Source: Octopus sinensis (Eukaryota). From it: 64,000 nucleotides of DNA. Shown here one piece after another: positions 1 through 13,058 of this stretch (position 1 is its first letter; every line of letters starts with the position of its first letter). Both the position numbers and the translations under genes were made by a program. Under the pieces are notes generated by a model that made no database searches, was not told the DNA's origin, and saw only the letters and a program-made list of their open reading frames with translations. The DNA lies in NCBI RefSeq assembly GCF_006345805.1, contig NC_043006.1:46128001-46192000 (forward strand), given 5' to 3'.

Positions 1-79
1 TATATTGATGTAGTATACATAAATACATATCTACAAATACACATACTCACAAATATATTTAGACATATAAATATAGACG

Positions 80-208
80 TATATATATATAGATATATAC
101 ATACATAACACTATTATATATATATATATATATAATATAATATATATATATATACGCATATATATATATATATATTATCATATATACGCATATATAATAT
201 ATATATAT

Positions 209-252
<44 letters not shown>

Positions 253-290
253 ATAATGTATATATATATATACGCACATACATATTACAT
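80..290. repeat. (TA)n microsatellite tract
   Basis: Near-continuous TA dinucleotide run. Confidence 0.95.
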
Positions 291-762
291 AATGGTGTGG
301 AGTTGGCAGAAGCAGCAGAGATCCAAATACTTTCTGGTATTTGTTCTGAAGTATTACTTTCCGCGTTCAAATCTCACCGAGGTCAGATTTGACGTTCTTT
401 CCTTTCGAGGCTTCGAATTCAATATCAGTCAAGTACTGAATTCAACGGTATCGAGTCACTACTTCCCTTAAATGCTAGTCTTATACCTAAACCAGACACC
501 GCTCCGGAGGCTAGTGTGTTGGCATACTCGATTTAGATTCGGTAAAAGAAAAAAAAGTAGTTTATTTTTTCCGGTACTATATGATCTGAGTTCAGATCTT
601 GTTTGTGGTCAACTTTTGTTTTAATGCAGCGATGTGGCAATGCTGTGAAAGGGCCAGAGAGCGATCTAACAGAATAGTTACCGCGCTGGAAAAAAAAAAT
701 GCTTATGGGCATTTCTTCCGACTTGACATTCTGCAGCCGGAGTCGACTTTACCTTTTATTAT

Positions 763-1080
763 GAAGGCGCGTGGCTTAGTGGTTCGGATAATCAGCTTAC
801 GAGTTTAATGTCATGAGTTCGATTCCCGACGGCGTTGTGTCCTTGAGCAAGACATTTTACATTGCGTTGCTCCAGTCCACTCAGCTGGCAAAAGTCAGTA
901 GTATCTTTAATTCACAAAGGCCAGCCTTGTCATATTCTGTGTCATGCTGAAATACCCTGAGAACTACGTTAAGGATACGCGTGTCACTGGAATTCTCAGC
1001 CACTTGCAAGTTGATTTCGCGAGTAGCCTGTTCCGTTAATCATGTCAACTGAAACCCTCGTCGTCATAGTATATGGAGTG
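763..1080 (+). mobile_element. tRNA-derived SINE, chimeric: family-E-type head/central domain plus 'tail 2'
   Basis: A box TGGCTTAGTGG and B box GTTCGATTC. Central GTGTCCTTGAGCAAGACA..CCAGTCCACTCAGCTG. Tail matches 44670-44846. Confidence 0.8.
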
Positions 1081-1255
1081 CATGTTTAACTTTAAAGCCT
1101 CTGAAAAAATGTCTTGTAATATTTCTTAAGGTTAAGACGGTCGATCTAATAAAACAATATACCAGTTAAATACTGAGGGCAGTGTAATCGAATTAATCCT
1201 CTCACCTCAAAATTGATGGTCTTGTGCCAAAATTAGGAAGAATTATTATTTATAT

Positions 1256-1908
1256 AGGCGTAGGAGTGGCTGTGTGGTAAGTAGCTTACTTACCAACCAC
1301 ATGGTTTCGGGTTCAGTCCCACAGCATGGCACCTTGGGCAAGTGTCTACTATAGCCTCGGGCCGACCAAAGCCTTGTGAGTGGATTTTGTAGAGGTAAAC
1401 TGAAAGAAGCCCGTCGTATATATGTATATATACATACACACACATAAGCACTCAATCTCATTAGAAAAAACAAACAACAACACATCACCATTCATATGAC
1501 TTGCACCCTGTCACCTTCCTATTCTTAGATCTCTCCCCTTCCAACCTTGTTTGAACTCTTGAACTTTCTAGAATCTTCTACATTCAACCATTTTTGACGT
1601 CACTGCTTAAACGGAATATTTTAAAGAAACACTCATTTTCGCTATGGACTCTGTGTGGGCAGTCATCTAAAAGTTTTTGTTCATCATGATGCTGACATAA
1701 GTTCCTGGTCTTTCCTGATGAGAAGGCGGCATAATGCACCCCTTATTCCTTCGAAATTAGGAATATGCAGTCTTCGAAACATATGCACGTGATCTCTGCC
1801 CTTGGCATGTAGCTTCAACCGTATTTTTCTGACGTGAATTTGCTACCCGGGTATCTGTTAACCGAATTATCCATACTAGGATAATTCATCAACTACTTAT
1901 ATATATAT

Positions 1909-1981
<73 letters not shown>

Positions 1982-2205
1982 GTATGTGTGTGTATATGTT
2001 TGTGCGCATGTGTTTGGTCCCCCCAATATCGCTTGACAACCGATGGTGGTGTGTTTACGTCCCTTAACTAGCGGTTCGGCAAGAGACCGATAGAATAAGT
2101 ACTAGGCTTACAAAGAATAAGTCCTGGGGTCGATTTGCTCGACTAAAGGCGATGCTCCAGCATGGCCACAGTCAGATGACTGAAACAAGTAAAAGAATAA
2201 AAGAG
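1256..2205 (+). mobile_element. Family B SINE (internal microsatellite), split by a ~450-bp insertion at 1446-1897
   Basis: 5' half 1256-1445 (AGGCGTAGGAGTGGCTGTGTGGTAAG...GAAGCCCGTCG) and 3' half ~1995-2205 (CGCTTGACAACCG...GAAACAAGTAAAAG) match the intact copy at 6623-7032. Confidence 0.85.
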
Positions 2206-3149
2206 CTCATTGCAGTATCAAGTTACGGCCGTTTATATTCTGGTCGACGGTATAACAAATACAGCGATACCTCGCAGTACGAGTTTAATTTGTTCCATGA
2301 CCGAGTTCGTCTTACGATTAACTCGTTTTGCAAATCAATTTTCCCCCACTGAAATTAACTAAAATATAATTAATCTGTTCCAGCCCCACCAAAACCACTC
2401 AAAAATAATTTTCTATGGGTTTTTTTAAAGCAGAAAAGGTGCAGTTACAAGTAAAATGACAATTATAAAAAGGAGAATACAAAAGAAATATGTAAACTGG
2501 TTTTATTAACAGAATTACCTGAAAGATGGGACGATTTGTGTGTTCGTACTGCGGATTTCCGTGCGTACTTCACAACAAAAATTCGCACGAGTTTCAGCTC
2601 CTTGAGCGTATTACTCGTACAATGGTGCATTCATACTCCGAGGTTCCGCCGTACAACGGATATTCCGGCGGTAGCAGATATAGTCCTAGACAAGTATTGG
2701 CGTTGATATCAATATTATTGGCAAATTGCTCGTCTTGTGTTTACCTCAGAACCGATTATGCAGTCAACACAAACACATGTATATGTATGTCTGAATGTCT
2801 GTCTAATAGAATTTCTCTCTAGCGTTCTATATGCTTGTACGCAAGTACATGAATGCATACATGTATGGGAGTGCGTGCGTGCGTGCGTGCGTGCGTGTAT
2901 GTATGCGTGCGTGTATGTGTGCGTGTGTGTGTGTGTGTATATATGTGTGCGTGTATCACGCTATTAACCCATTAGTGTCTAAATGAGGTAAAAGGACCTG
3001 ATATATTTGCCAATTCTTAACCGATCACTGGTATAATAGCATCAAAATGTGGCGAGGGTGGACGGCCAGAAGAATCTCTCAAATAAATTGATGCTAAGTG
3101 GAAAGACATTAAGATATGGATGGGGTTGTGAGGTGTTATAAATGTATGA

Positions 3150-3189
3150 GTATTATGTATGTATGTATGTATGTATGTATGTATGTATG

Positions 3190-3256
<67 letters not shown>

Positions 3257-3493
3257 AACAAATATATTAATGTCTTTATTTCCTTTCTCTCGCTATATAA
3301 TTTCTCTCGCTCTATACACACACACACACACACACACACAACACACACACAAACATACATTATATATATAGATATATACACATACACATATATGCAACAC
3401 ACACACACACACACCTTACAAACGCCCATGAATGCTTATATTCCCACACCCACATACATAAGATATCCAACGGTACGTTTATATAAAGCAGGC

Positions 3494-3524
<31 letters not shown>

Positions 3525-3654
3525 TGTATGTATCTATCTATCTATCCATCTATCTATCTATCTGTCATTCTGTTTGTCTGACTGTCTGTCTGTCTATCCA
3601 TCTGTCTATCCATCTATCTATCTATCTATCTATCCACCTCTCTATCCACCTTTA

Positions 3655-3687
<33 letters not shown>

Positions 3688-3688
3688 C

Positions 3689-3745
<57 letters not shown>

Positions 3746-3755
3746 ACACGCACAC

Positions 3756-3794
<39 letters not shown>

Positions 3795-3926
3795 TAAGTT
3801 TATGTGTGTGTGTGCGTGTATATATATATATATACACACACAAAGGTTTGTATGCATGTGTGATAGTTTACCTGCATATACTTAAGTACATACATTTATC
3901 TATGTGTGAGTGTGTTTGTGTTTGCT

Positions 3927-3964
<38 letters not shown>

Positions 3965-4010
3965 GTGTGTGTGTGTGTGTGTACGTGCGTGTGTGCGTGA
4001 GAATGCATAT
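3150..4010. repeat. Compound microsatellite (TATG, TC, TA, CA, TCTA, TG)
   Basis: Direct reading. Confidence 0.95.
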
Positions 4011-4342
4011 ATGTATAATAATGCACGTAAGCATTCGTGTGTATGCATAAACAAAACAGTTGTGCCAAGACAGCGCTGACAGCGCTGACAGGCTGAGTAG
4101 ATCTCTATCCCAAGGCTAAGACGTCATTGATATAAATTGTTACGGAATAGGATTTTGGCATTGAACTGTGTTCTATGTCACTTCCACTCTGCTGTGGAGC
4201 GTGTTTAGCTGTAGAGGTTGATGCGACACCAAACTATGCGGAGTGACTTGTGGCTCGTGGCTCTTTAAGTTTGGAATGGTTGGTGAAGGGTCTGAGTGGA
4301 TTACTGTGTGTGGTTCGTTAAAGACGATCAGATGTAGTGTAG

Positions 4343-5300
4343 GTGTGTATGTGTGAGTGAGAGAGTCAGGAAGAGGGGTAGAAGTGAGAGTGTCAAGAGG
4401 AGGAGACAAAGAGGAGGAGAAAGAAGGAGGGGTAGAAAAAAGAGAGGGAGAAAGAGGAGAAAGAGAGAGAGAGAGAGGGGAGAGATGACGGAAAGAGAGA
4501 GGGGAGAGATGACGGAAAGAGAGAGGGGAGAGAGATGGGAGAAAGAGAGAGAGAGAGGAGAGGGATGGGGAAAGAGAGAGGGAAAAAGAAGGAGAGATAG
4601 ATGGGAAAGAGACAGGTGTATATGTGTGTGTGAGAGAGTCAGGAAGAGGGGTAGAAGTGAGAGCGTCAGGAAGAGGAGACAAAGAGGAGGAGAAAGAAGG
4701 AGGGGTAGAGAAAAGAGAGGGAGAAAGAGGAGAAGAGAGAGAGAGAGGGGAGAGATGACGGAAAGAGAGAGGGGAGAGAGATGGGAGAAAGAGAGAGAGA
4801 GGGATGGGGAAAGAGAGAAGGGAAAAAGGAGACATAGATGGGAAAGAGACAGGTGTTTATGTGTGAGGGAGAGAGTCAGGAAGAGGGGGAGAAGTGAGAG
4901 CGTCAGGAAGAGGGGAGAAGTGAGAGCGTTAAGAATAGGAGACAAAGAGAAGGAGAAAGAAGGAGGGGTAGTTAGAAAAAAGGTAAAAAATAAGAAAAAA
5001 GGAAAAAACGACAGACAAAGAGGTAGGAAGAAAGATTAACCTAAGGGAGAGGGTGAGCGAAAAAGAGGAGAAGAAAGAAGAGGAGAAGAAAGAAAGAATT
5101 GACAGAGGGTGAGAGAAGAGAGGGGAGACAGAGGGTGAGAGAGATGGGAGAAGGTGAGAGGGGAGATAGATGGGAGGAGGGGAGAGGGGAGTAAGAGAGA
5201 AGGAGAGGAAGATGGGGAGAGAGATGGGAGAGAGAGATGGGTAGACAGAGAGATGGGAGAAAGAGAGAGAGAGAGAGAGAGATGTTTCAGTGAGTATGTG
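4343..5300. repeat. Purine-rich GA tract with ~240-270-bp higher-order duplications
   Basis: GAGAGTCAGGAAGAGGGGTAGAAGTGAGAG recurs near 4361, 4634 and 4871. Confidence 0.85.
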
Positions 5301-5772
5301 TATGTGTGTGTATAAGAAACAGCATGCAAAAGAGTTAGTGCGTGCGAGAGAGACATACAGAGTGAGAAAGAAACAGAAAGAGGGAGATTTGTTTCAAAGT
5401 GTGTGTATGTGTGTGTGTGTGTGTGTATGTGTGTGTAGGAAATAGTGTAATGTATATGAGAAAGGAAGTGCCTGAAAATGAGAGTGATAGGGAAAAGATG
5501 TAGAGAGAGATGAGAAGGAGGAGAGGGTGGGATATAGAAATGGAGAGTAAGATAGATAAAGGAAAAGTAAAGAAAGAAAGCGAACGCTAGAAACCTAGAT
5601 ACAGGAAAGTGAAAGCAGACGGAGGTAGAACGAATATCTTAAGTAATTTAGAATAATTTAATTAGGGTAAGGTGAATTTGAAGCCTTACAGCCGTTTCTG
5701 GTATAATCCAAGTGTTAGGTTAGCGTGTCCAAATGAAAACGTTGCAGGTGAGCAGTGGTATTACCAGCTATA

Positions 5773-6230
5773 AAAGTGACGAGCAGGCAGAACCATTATA
5801 ATCACGCCTGACAAAATGCTTAGCGGTATTTCAACCGTCTGAAGGCGGTGAGTTGGAAGAATCGTTAGCACGCCGGACGAAATGCTTAGCGGTATTTCGT
5901 CTGTCGTTACGTGCTGAGTTCAAATTCCGCCGAGGTCGACTTTGTCTTTCATCCTTTCGGGGTCGATTAAATAAGTACCAGTTATGCACCGGGATCGATA
6001 TAATCGACTTAATCCGTTTGTCTATCCTTGTTTGTCCCTTCTATTTTTAGCCCCTTGTGGGTAGTAAAGAAATAAGTATTTCAACAGTCTTTACATTCTG
6101 AGTTCAAATTCAGCCGGGGTCGACTTTGCGTTTCATCCTTTTAGGATCGATGGAGTAAGTACCAGGTGAACATTGGGGTCGATGTAATCGACTACTCGTT
6201 TCCCTGAAATGTGCAAAAATTCGAAACCAA
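5773..6230 (+). mobile_element. Family A SINE: younger copy (~5842-6075) nested in an older copy
   Basis: GGCGGTGAGTTGGAAGAATCGTTAGCACGCCGG...GAGTTCAAATTCCGCCGAGGTCGACTTTG. GTATTTCAAC(C/A)GTCT is repeated at 5826 and 6076. Confidence 0.85.
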
Positions 6231-6622
6231 TATTATCAGTGAAAAGGAGTTCAGTAAACTGTAACTCACTGGAGTCAAAATGGATACTTGCTTAATTTGA
6301 ATAAGATACACTAGTTGCTATTTCTCAAATTACAGAAGATTTGTCTGTTAATTGTCGCAGATTGGCTCGGAATGTTCTTGGTATCATTTCGTAATAATAT
6401 CAGCCTGTAAGTTAATTAAAAATTAAGATGAAATTGGCCCGGAAAATCTCACTCATTTTCGGTATACGGGGAGATATAAAAGGTTGTTTCTATTTATTCA
6501 TATTCTACAACACGGTCCATAATTTAATAATTTTCAATATGAGATGCATTTCAGAAGTATTCAGACCTTTTCTTTTTTTATAACAGTCATACATTATTGT
6601 AATTTTAGCATATCATTAATAT

Positions 6623-6775
6623 AGGCGCAGGAGTGGCTGTGTGGTTTACTAACCACATGGTTCTGGGTTCAGTCCCACTGCATGGCACCTTGGGCAAGTG
6701 TCTTCTACTATAGCCTCGGGCCGACCAAAGCATTCTGAGTGGATTTGAGAGACGGAAACTGAAAGAATCTCGTCG

Positions 6776-6822
<47 letters not shown>

Positions 6823-7032
6823 TTGTGTGTCTGTGTTTGTGCCCCCAACATCGCTTGACAACCGAAGCTGGTGTGTTTACGTCCCCGTAGCCTAGCGGTT
6901 CGGCGAGATAGACCGATAGAATAAGTACTTGGCTAACAAAGAATAAGTCCTGGGATCGATTTGTTTAACTAAAGGCGGTGCTCCAGCATGGCCGCAGTCA
7001 AATGACTGAAACAAGCAAAATAGTAAAAAGAG
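6623..7032 (+). mobile_element. Family B SINE, full length
   Basis: tRNA-like head, CCTTGGGCAAGT central motif, internal TA/TG microsatellite, tail ending in AAAAGAG-type repeats. Confidence 0.9.
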
Positions 7033-7129
7033 TATATATCTAATAAGCTGAGCTGCCAACATTTTATCTTAGATTGAAAGAGACGGCTGAACCAACATCC
7101 TGCTAGTCACAGCCTACTAAATACTGCTT

Positions 7130-7462
7130 ATTATAATTCCATCCTGGTAACCAACTACTTGACAAAGATGGGCATTCAAGCTGTCCCTTACCAGATTCCT
7201 CTCCCTGTGACTTTTGGTTGTTCCCCAGTCTAAAGGAGAACCTCAAGGGCAGTCGTTTTGAAGACATTGAAAAGATGGAGGAGGCTATAACAAGGATCCT
7301 GAATACCTTTACTTGGGCGGGGTGGGGGCTCCCATGGGGCTTTCACGATGAGGCTGGAGCTGTACAACAACTGCATTAAAGTGAGGGGATCTTACAATGA
7401 GGGAGTTAGAATCTTGTACTTCTTCGAAAAAGTCGGAAAACTTCTGTAATACAACCCGTATA
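7130..7462 (+). mobile_element. Mariner transposase 3' fragment (decayed)
   Basis: From 7203 it translates PCDFWLFPSLKENLKGSRFEDIEKMEEAITRILNTF, then LYNNCIKVRGSY; this is the typical mariner C-terminus after the YSPDLAPCD motif. Confidence 0.85.
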
Positions 7463-7659
7463 TGTCTACTACACCAGTCTCATCGTACTTATAATAGTAC
7501 AACTCTTCTTTCCTGCCTACGCTTTATTGATTGGAGGTATTTGGAGTCAAGAATACACATTTACGAAGCTGTTTAATTGTGCAACGAACGGTACTTCATT
7601 TTGACATGCGAAATAATTTTATCCTTATACATACACTTAAAACCTCGAAAAATCCCCAC

Positions 7660-7829
7660 AGGCGCAGAAGCGGCTGTGTGGTAAGTACCTCGCTTACTAA
7701 CCACATGGTTCCGGATTCAGTCCCACTGCGTGGCACTTTAAGCAAGTGTCTTCTAATATAAACTCGGGCCGACCAAAGCCTTGTGAGTCGATTTGGTAGC
7801 CGGAAACTGAAAAACGCCCGGCGTATATA

Positions 7830-7874
<45 letters not shown>

Positions 7875-7932
7875 GTATACATACATATCTGTGTGTGTTG
7901 TGTGTGTGTGTGTGGTGTGTGTGTGTGTCTGT
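7660..7932 (+). mobile_element. Family B SINE 5' half plus microsatellite
   Basis: Matches 6623-6780. Confidence 0.85.
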
Positions 7933-8190
7933 GATGAACTGAACGCAAGGATTATGGCAGCATTGAGACCAACTTAAACAAAGAGACTGTCCAAAAGAGT
8001 TGCAGGAAATTCCGAAGTCTTCTGGAGGCCGTGATTGAAACCAATTGCGATTTTATTGAATAAATTTAAAGCTTAGTATTTCAAGATATTTTTATGTAAT
8101 TTTAGTAAATATATCTATTAAAATGAGATGTCAGTGTTATTTTAAGTTTTGCGTAATTTAGACGACAATATATCAACCGCACACTCTGTG
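7933..8190 (+). mobile_element. Tc1/mariner-superfamily transposon 3' end (decayed)
   Basis: NLNKETVQKSCRKFRSLLEAVIETNCDFIE* resembles Tc1-type C-termini, followed by a terminus-like CACACTCTGT. Confidence 0.6.
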
Positions 8191-9071
8191 TGTGTGTGTG
8201 TGTATGTACATATATATATGTGTGTGTGAGTGTGTGTGTGTGTGCATACGTATATATACTACATACATATATATAAATATCATAACACGCACATGTATGT
8301 ACAATTTCTAAATGTATATTCATACATCCCTCCATATATTTGAATGTATGTACGTGTGTATGTATTCATGTATGTATATATGTATGTGTGTATGTTTGTA
8401 TCTATCTACCATACCTTCCACTCTCTGTCTCTGTCTCCCTCTCTCTATCTCTATCTCTCTTTCTCTCTCTCTCTGTCTCTCTCTCTCTATGTATATATAC
8501 ACACATATACAGCACATATATATCTCTACACGCACACATCCGCACGCACGTATACACACACACACACACTCATAAACACACACATGCACACACACATGCA
8601 CACACACACACACATACATACATATCATGATGTCAGGTCTCAGCTCCTCGATACCATTTATCGATGAGTCAAGAAGACATGCAGACCTTAATTTAACATC
8701 AACTCCTTCCCGAGGATAACAGAGAAAATCCAAGAACGAAGTAAAAGACAATAATTGAGTTAGCCCTCCACCCACAGCGACTCTTATCTGGACCCCTGCT
8801 GACGGTTGGAATTGAGTTTTTTGTGGAGACTTCTAAGTTCCTAGAGGTACTTCACCGGATGGCTTCGCAGAAACCCAATTTGTGCTGTCACTAAATAAGT
8901 ATATAAATATCTCTCTCTCTCTATATATATGTGCAATATATATATACGTAGTAACACACACGCACACATACACACAGATATGTATATATATATATATATA
9001 TAATATATATATATATATAGAAAAAAATATATATATATACATACACATATACATAAACGTATATGTATATG

Positions 9072-9103
<32 letters not shown>

Positions 9104-10326
9104 TATATATATTATATATATATATATATAAATATGCATGCATACACATATTTCTGTATATATAGATGTGCATATATGTATGCACATATATATATATATA
9201 TATTCATATATACTTACTACACACCCTCATATAGATACTACACACTCATATATAAATTTATAGATATATATACACCCACATGTGTTTGTGTGTGCGTATA
9301 CATATACAAGAACATAAGTATAAATATATAGAGAGAGGGAAAGATAGATATATATGTGTGTGAGTGTCTGTGTATATAGACACACGACACATGTATGTAA
9401 GTAAATAAATATTTGTGTGTGGACGTATGTTTATGATGCTAAGCTTTTTTTTTTGTTTCAGCTATTACAGCCGTGGGTGTACGTTTCGCTAATGTGTAAG
9501 AATGACTACATTAACACACACACATACACACACACATACATATATATATTGTATTTATACACGTACGTATTTTTGTATGAATACGCACAGGCTTACACGC
9601 ACACACATGCTCACGTACGCACAATCACTTATATCTCCCGCCATTATGTGTATCTAAGGCATTGTACAGAATGCCTAGCATTTATTTCAACACAGTATGA
9701 TATTATTCTATTTTCATTGTGACTTTAAATACTTTACTTATGTATTTTAACACAATGCTGATATAATCTATAGAATATCTTACATTTTTAGGCAAATTAA
9801 AAATACGATAGACATCTTGACTCGGATATTTTATCATTCATGAATTAAAATCTGTGACACCTAAGTTAATTAAAGATACAATAGACAATAGAAATCTAAA
9901 TAATTTATTGACGAACTGATTCTGAAATCTGAATATAATATAAAATATCCTGATCAGTTTAGTTATTGTTTTAGTCTTTTATGTATTACAGCATACATTA
10001 GGATTATAGTTTGTAGTGTTGAGTACATTTTTCTTAACTGAAAACGTCTTTAATGGATGGTTTGCATAGTTATTGTAAGTACGTTACGGTAGATTAAAAA
10101 CGCAAGTATGCTAGTTGCTGCTGTGTATGTCGCATGAGAACTTCTGAAGGAATTCCTTGCGTTAATGATCCGAGTGTGTTACGAATACACTGTGGTCGTA
10201 AAAAAGAGAAATTGTTTTCCTATGACGTACACAACAGCGACTACCTTGTTGGCTTTTGAATCTACTTTTCGAGTAGCTCCTGCAAGTTAATTTTTTCGGT
10301 CTGCCGAGAAATGGCTAAAATTTGCC

Positions 10327-10543
10327 CTCTTTTACACTTTTACTATTTTACTTGTTTCAGTCATTTGACTGTGGGCATGCTGGAGTACCGCCTTTAGTCG
10401 AGCAAATCGACCCCAGGACTCATTCTTTGTAAGCCTAGTTCTTATTCTATCGGTCTCTTTTGCCGAACCGCTAAGTTACGGGGATGTAAACACACCAGCA
10501 TCGGTTGTCAAGCGATGTTGAGGGGACTAACACAGTCACACAA

Positions 10544-10595
<52 letters not shown>

Positions 10596-10780
10596 TATAT
10601 ATATATATGTATATATATACATATATACGACGGGCTTCTTTCACTTTCCGTCTACCAAATCCACACACAAGGCTTTGGTCGGCCCGAGAAGACACTTGCC
10701 CAGGGTACCACGCAGTGAGAGTGAACCCGGAACCATGTGATTCGTAAGCAAGCTACTTACCACACAGCCACTCCTACGCC
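10327..10780 (-). mobile_element. Family B SINE, full length
   Basis: Reverse complement of 6623-7032. Confidence 0.9.
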
Positions 10781-11345
10781 CATTAAACGTAAAGACAGGC
10801 GAGATTCCTCTGAGCATTTCACCCGGCTCGCTAACGGTTAAAGAGATGGTTATTTTGATTTCATACTGCCTGAATTGCATGAACGTCATGATACATATAT
10901 ACTTAGATTTCTGCCCGGTTTCCATTGATTGTTGCTCTGCATCGGACTTGAGTAAGGCTGGTGTATACATTGGGATGTCTTCCAATGCTAATAACGCGTT
11001 CTTGCTCACAGAAAATCGTGGTCTGGCATGATGCTATTTCAGTACTTTTATATCGAGCTCCCAACATCAAGCTGTACATGATGGTTAAAATTATTGTAAG
11101 TGTTTTCGCTTCCTTTATAATACGAAAGAATGACATTCCAAACAGTAGCAACACGCTCACACGGCGGAATTTTCAGATATACTTGACAGCATGCTTAGAC
11201 CAGTTTAAGAGGGCTTCTGAAGTGATTGCCAGCGCAAATGGAAAGAGTAGCGAGATCTCCCTCAGACAATACTGATATCATAAACAACTGAGAAAAGCTT
11301 CAAGTAAATTAGTCCTGAATATATCCGCCGCTGGTTTTTTTTTTA

Positions 11346-11643
11346 CATGCGCCCTTTTCAAGCCTAGCCAGACTCATGGGCCCGGTTTCTGTGGCATATG
11401 TGTTCCCCCCAGCTGGACGGGTCGCCAGTCCACCGCAGCGTTACCCAAGAAACAGGAAGAAACACTTAGAGAAAGTTGGGGCAAAATAGTACAACAGGGG
11501 TCGCCACCACCTCCTGCCGGAGCTTCATGGAACTTTAGGTGTTTTCATTCAATAGACACACACAACGCCCGGTCTGGGAATCGAAACCGCGATCCTCCGA
11601 CCGCGAGTCCGCTGCCCTAACCACTGGGCCATTGCGCCTCCAC
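11346..11643 (-). mobile_element. Family C SINE with 'tail 1'
   Basis: Minus-strand head GTGGAGGCGCAATGGCCCAGTGGTTAGGGCAGCGGACTCGCGG..TTCGATTCCC; tail GCTGCGGTGGACTGGCGACCCGTCCAG. Confidence 0.9.
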
Positions 11644-12119
11644 TAGCCGCAGGTTTAGAATAAAATAAAAAAAAATTTTAAAATGGTACGGTTACACAAA
11701 AAACATATGTTTGTAGCGATAAGAGCTGATCTGGGTTTAGCGAAACAATAGCAACGGATTTGATATTGTCGTATTAACGCCATCGCTTGGTTACTTAACC
11801 AAAAAGAAGCCGCGTTTGGTTCCGTTCTATAATTCCTTCGATAAAAATCAATACTAATCCCATACAAATGTGCTTAAATAGTTCTTCACTTTATTGGGCT
11901 TTGCTACACCCTTGATTTTCTTGGTAAACAGAGTCTTTCATTCGCCTCTATCACTTAAACGTGACTCACATGTTTATAAAGTCCGGTCTTATGTATAAAG
12001 GGCATCTATAGGTCTATGAAGTTCATCGATTTCTCACTAAATCGATTTAGAAATTGCTTAGTCACACATTTAACACTTAAGTATATCTTATTTTTTGAAT
12101 TGCTATACATACATACAGA

Positions 12120-12157
<38 letters not shown>

Positions 12158-12609
12158 CAATCATATACATATATACATACATACACACACGCATATACAT
12201 ACATACATACATACATACATACACATATGCATGCATACATACACATACATATATATATACATATATAAATACATACATACATACACAAACATGCATACAT
12301 AATACATACATACATTCACACACATACATACATACATACATGCATACATACACATACATACATATATACATACATACATGCATACATACATATATTCACT
12401 CACATATACATATGTGCATGCGAGTATACATGTGTATGTATATATGAAATATATGTATATATAATAAATATAATATATACAAAACATAAGTGTGTGATGT
12501 GCGTCTGGTTATATATTTAATATGTACATCTTAAGTATACCTTATTTTTTGAATTGCCATACATAATAAACATACACATACACATACATACATGGATGTA
12601 TACATAGAC

Positions 12610-12677
<68 letters not shown>

Positions 12678-12681
<4 letters not shown>

Positions 12682-12793
12682 CGTAGTGACTGTGTGCATG
12701 TAGCTTGCTTACCAACACATGTTTCCAGGTTCAATCCCAATGCATGGCACCTTGTGAGTGGATTTGGTAGACGGAAATTGAAGGAAGCCCGTC

Positions 12794-12855
<62 letters not shown>

Positions 12856-13058
12856 ATGTACGTATGTAATATATGTATGTATTTGTTATTTGTGTCTGTT
12901 TTTGTGCCTCCACCATCACTTGACAACCGATTGTAGCGGTTCAGCCTAAGAGTCCGATAGAAAAAGTACTAGGCTTACAAAGAATAAGTCCTGCGGTCGA
13001 TTTGTTCGACTAAAGGTGGTGCTCCAGCATGGCCGCAGTCAAATTACCGAAACGAAAA
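12678..13058 (+). mobile_element. Family B SINE with internal deletions
   Basis: Matches both halves of family B. Confidence 0.8.

Noticed and set aside
4173-4335. Unique tail of the 220-aa minus-strand ORF as a possible exon
   Set aside because: No recognisable motif; the rest of the ORF is CT-repeat translation
8625-8900. Microsatellite-bounded island checked for a ribozyme
   Set aside because: CTGACGG and GAAAC are present, but there are no consistent stems or cleavage triplet
10900-11010. Minus-strand GRHPNVYT..EQQSME, faintly like a MULE transposase C-terminus
   Set aside because: Requires a frameshift and rests on a few residues only
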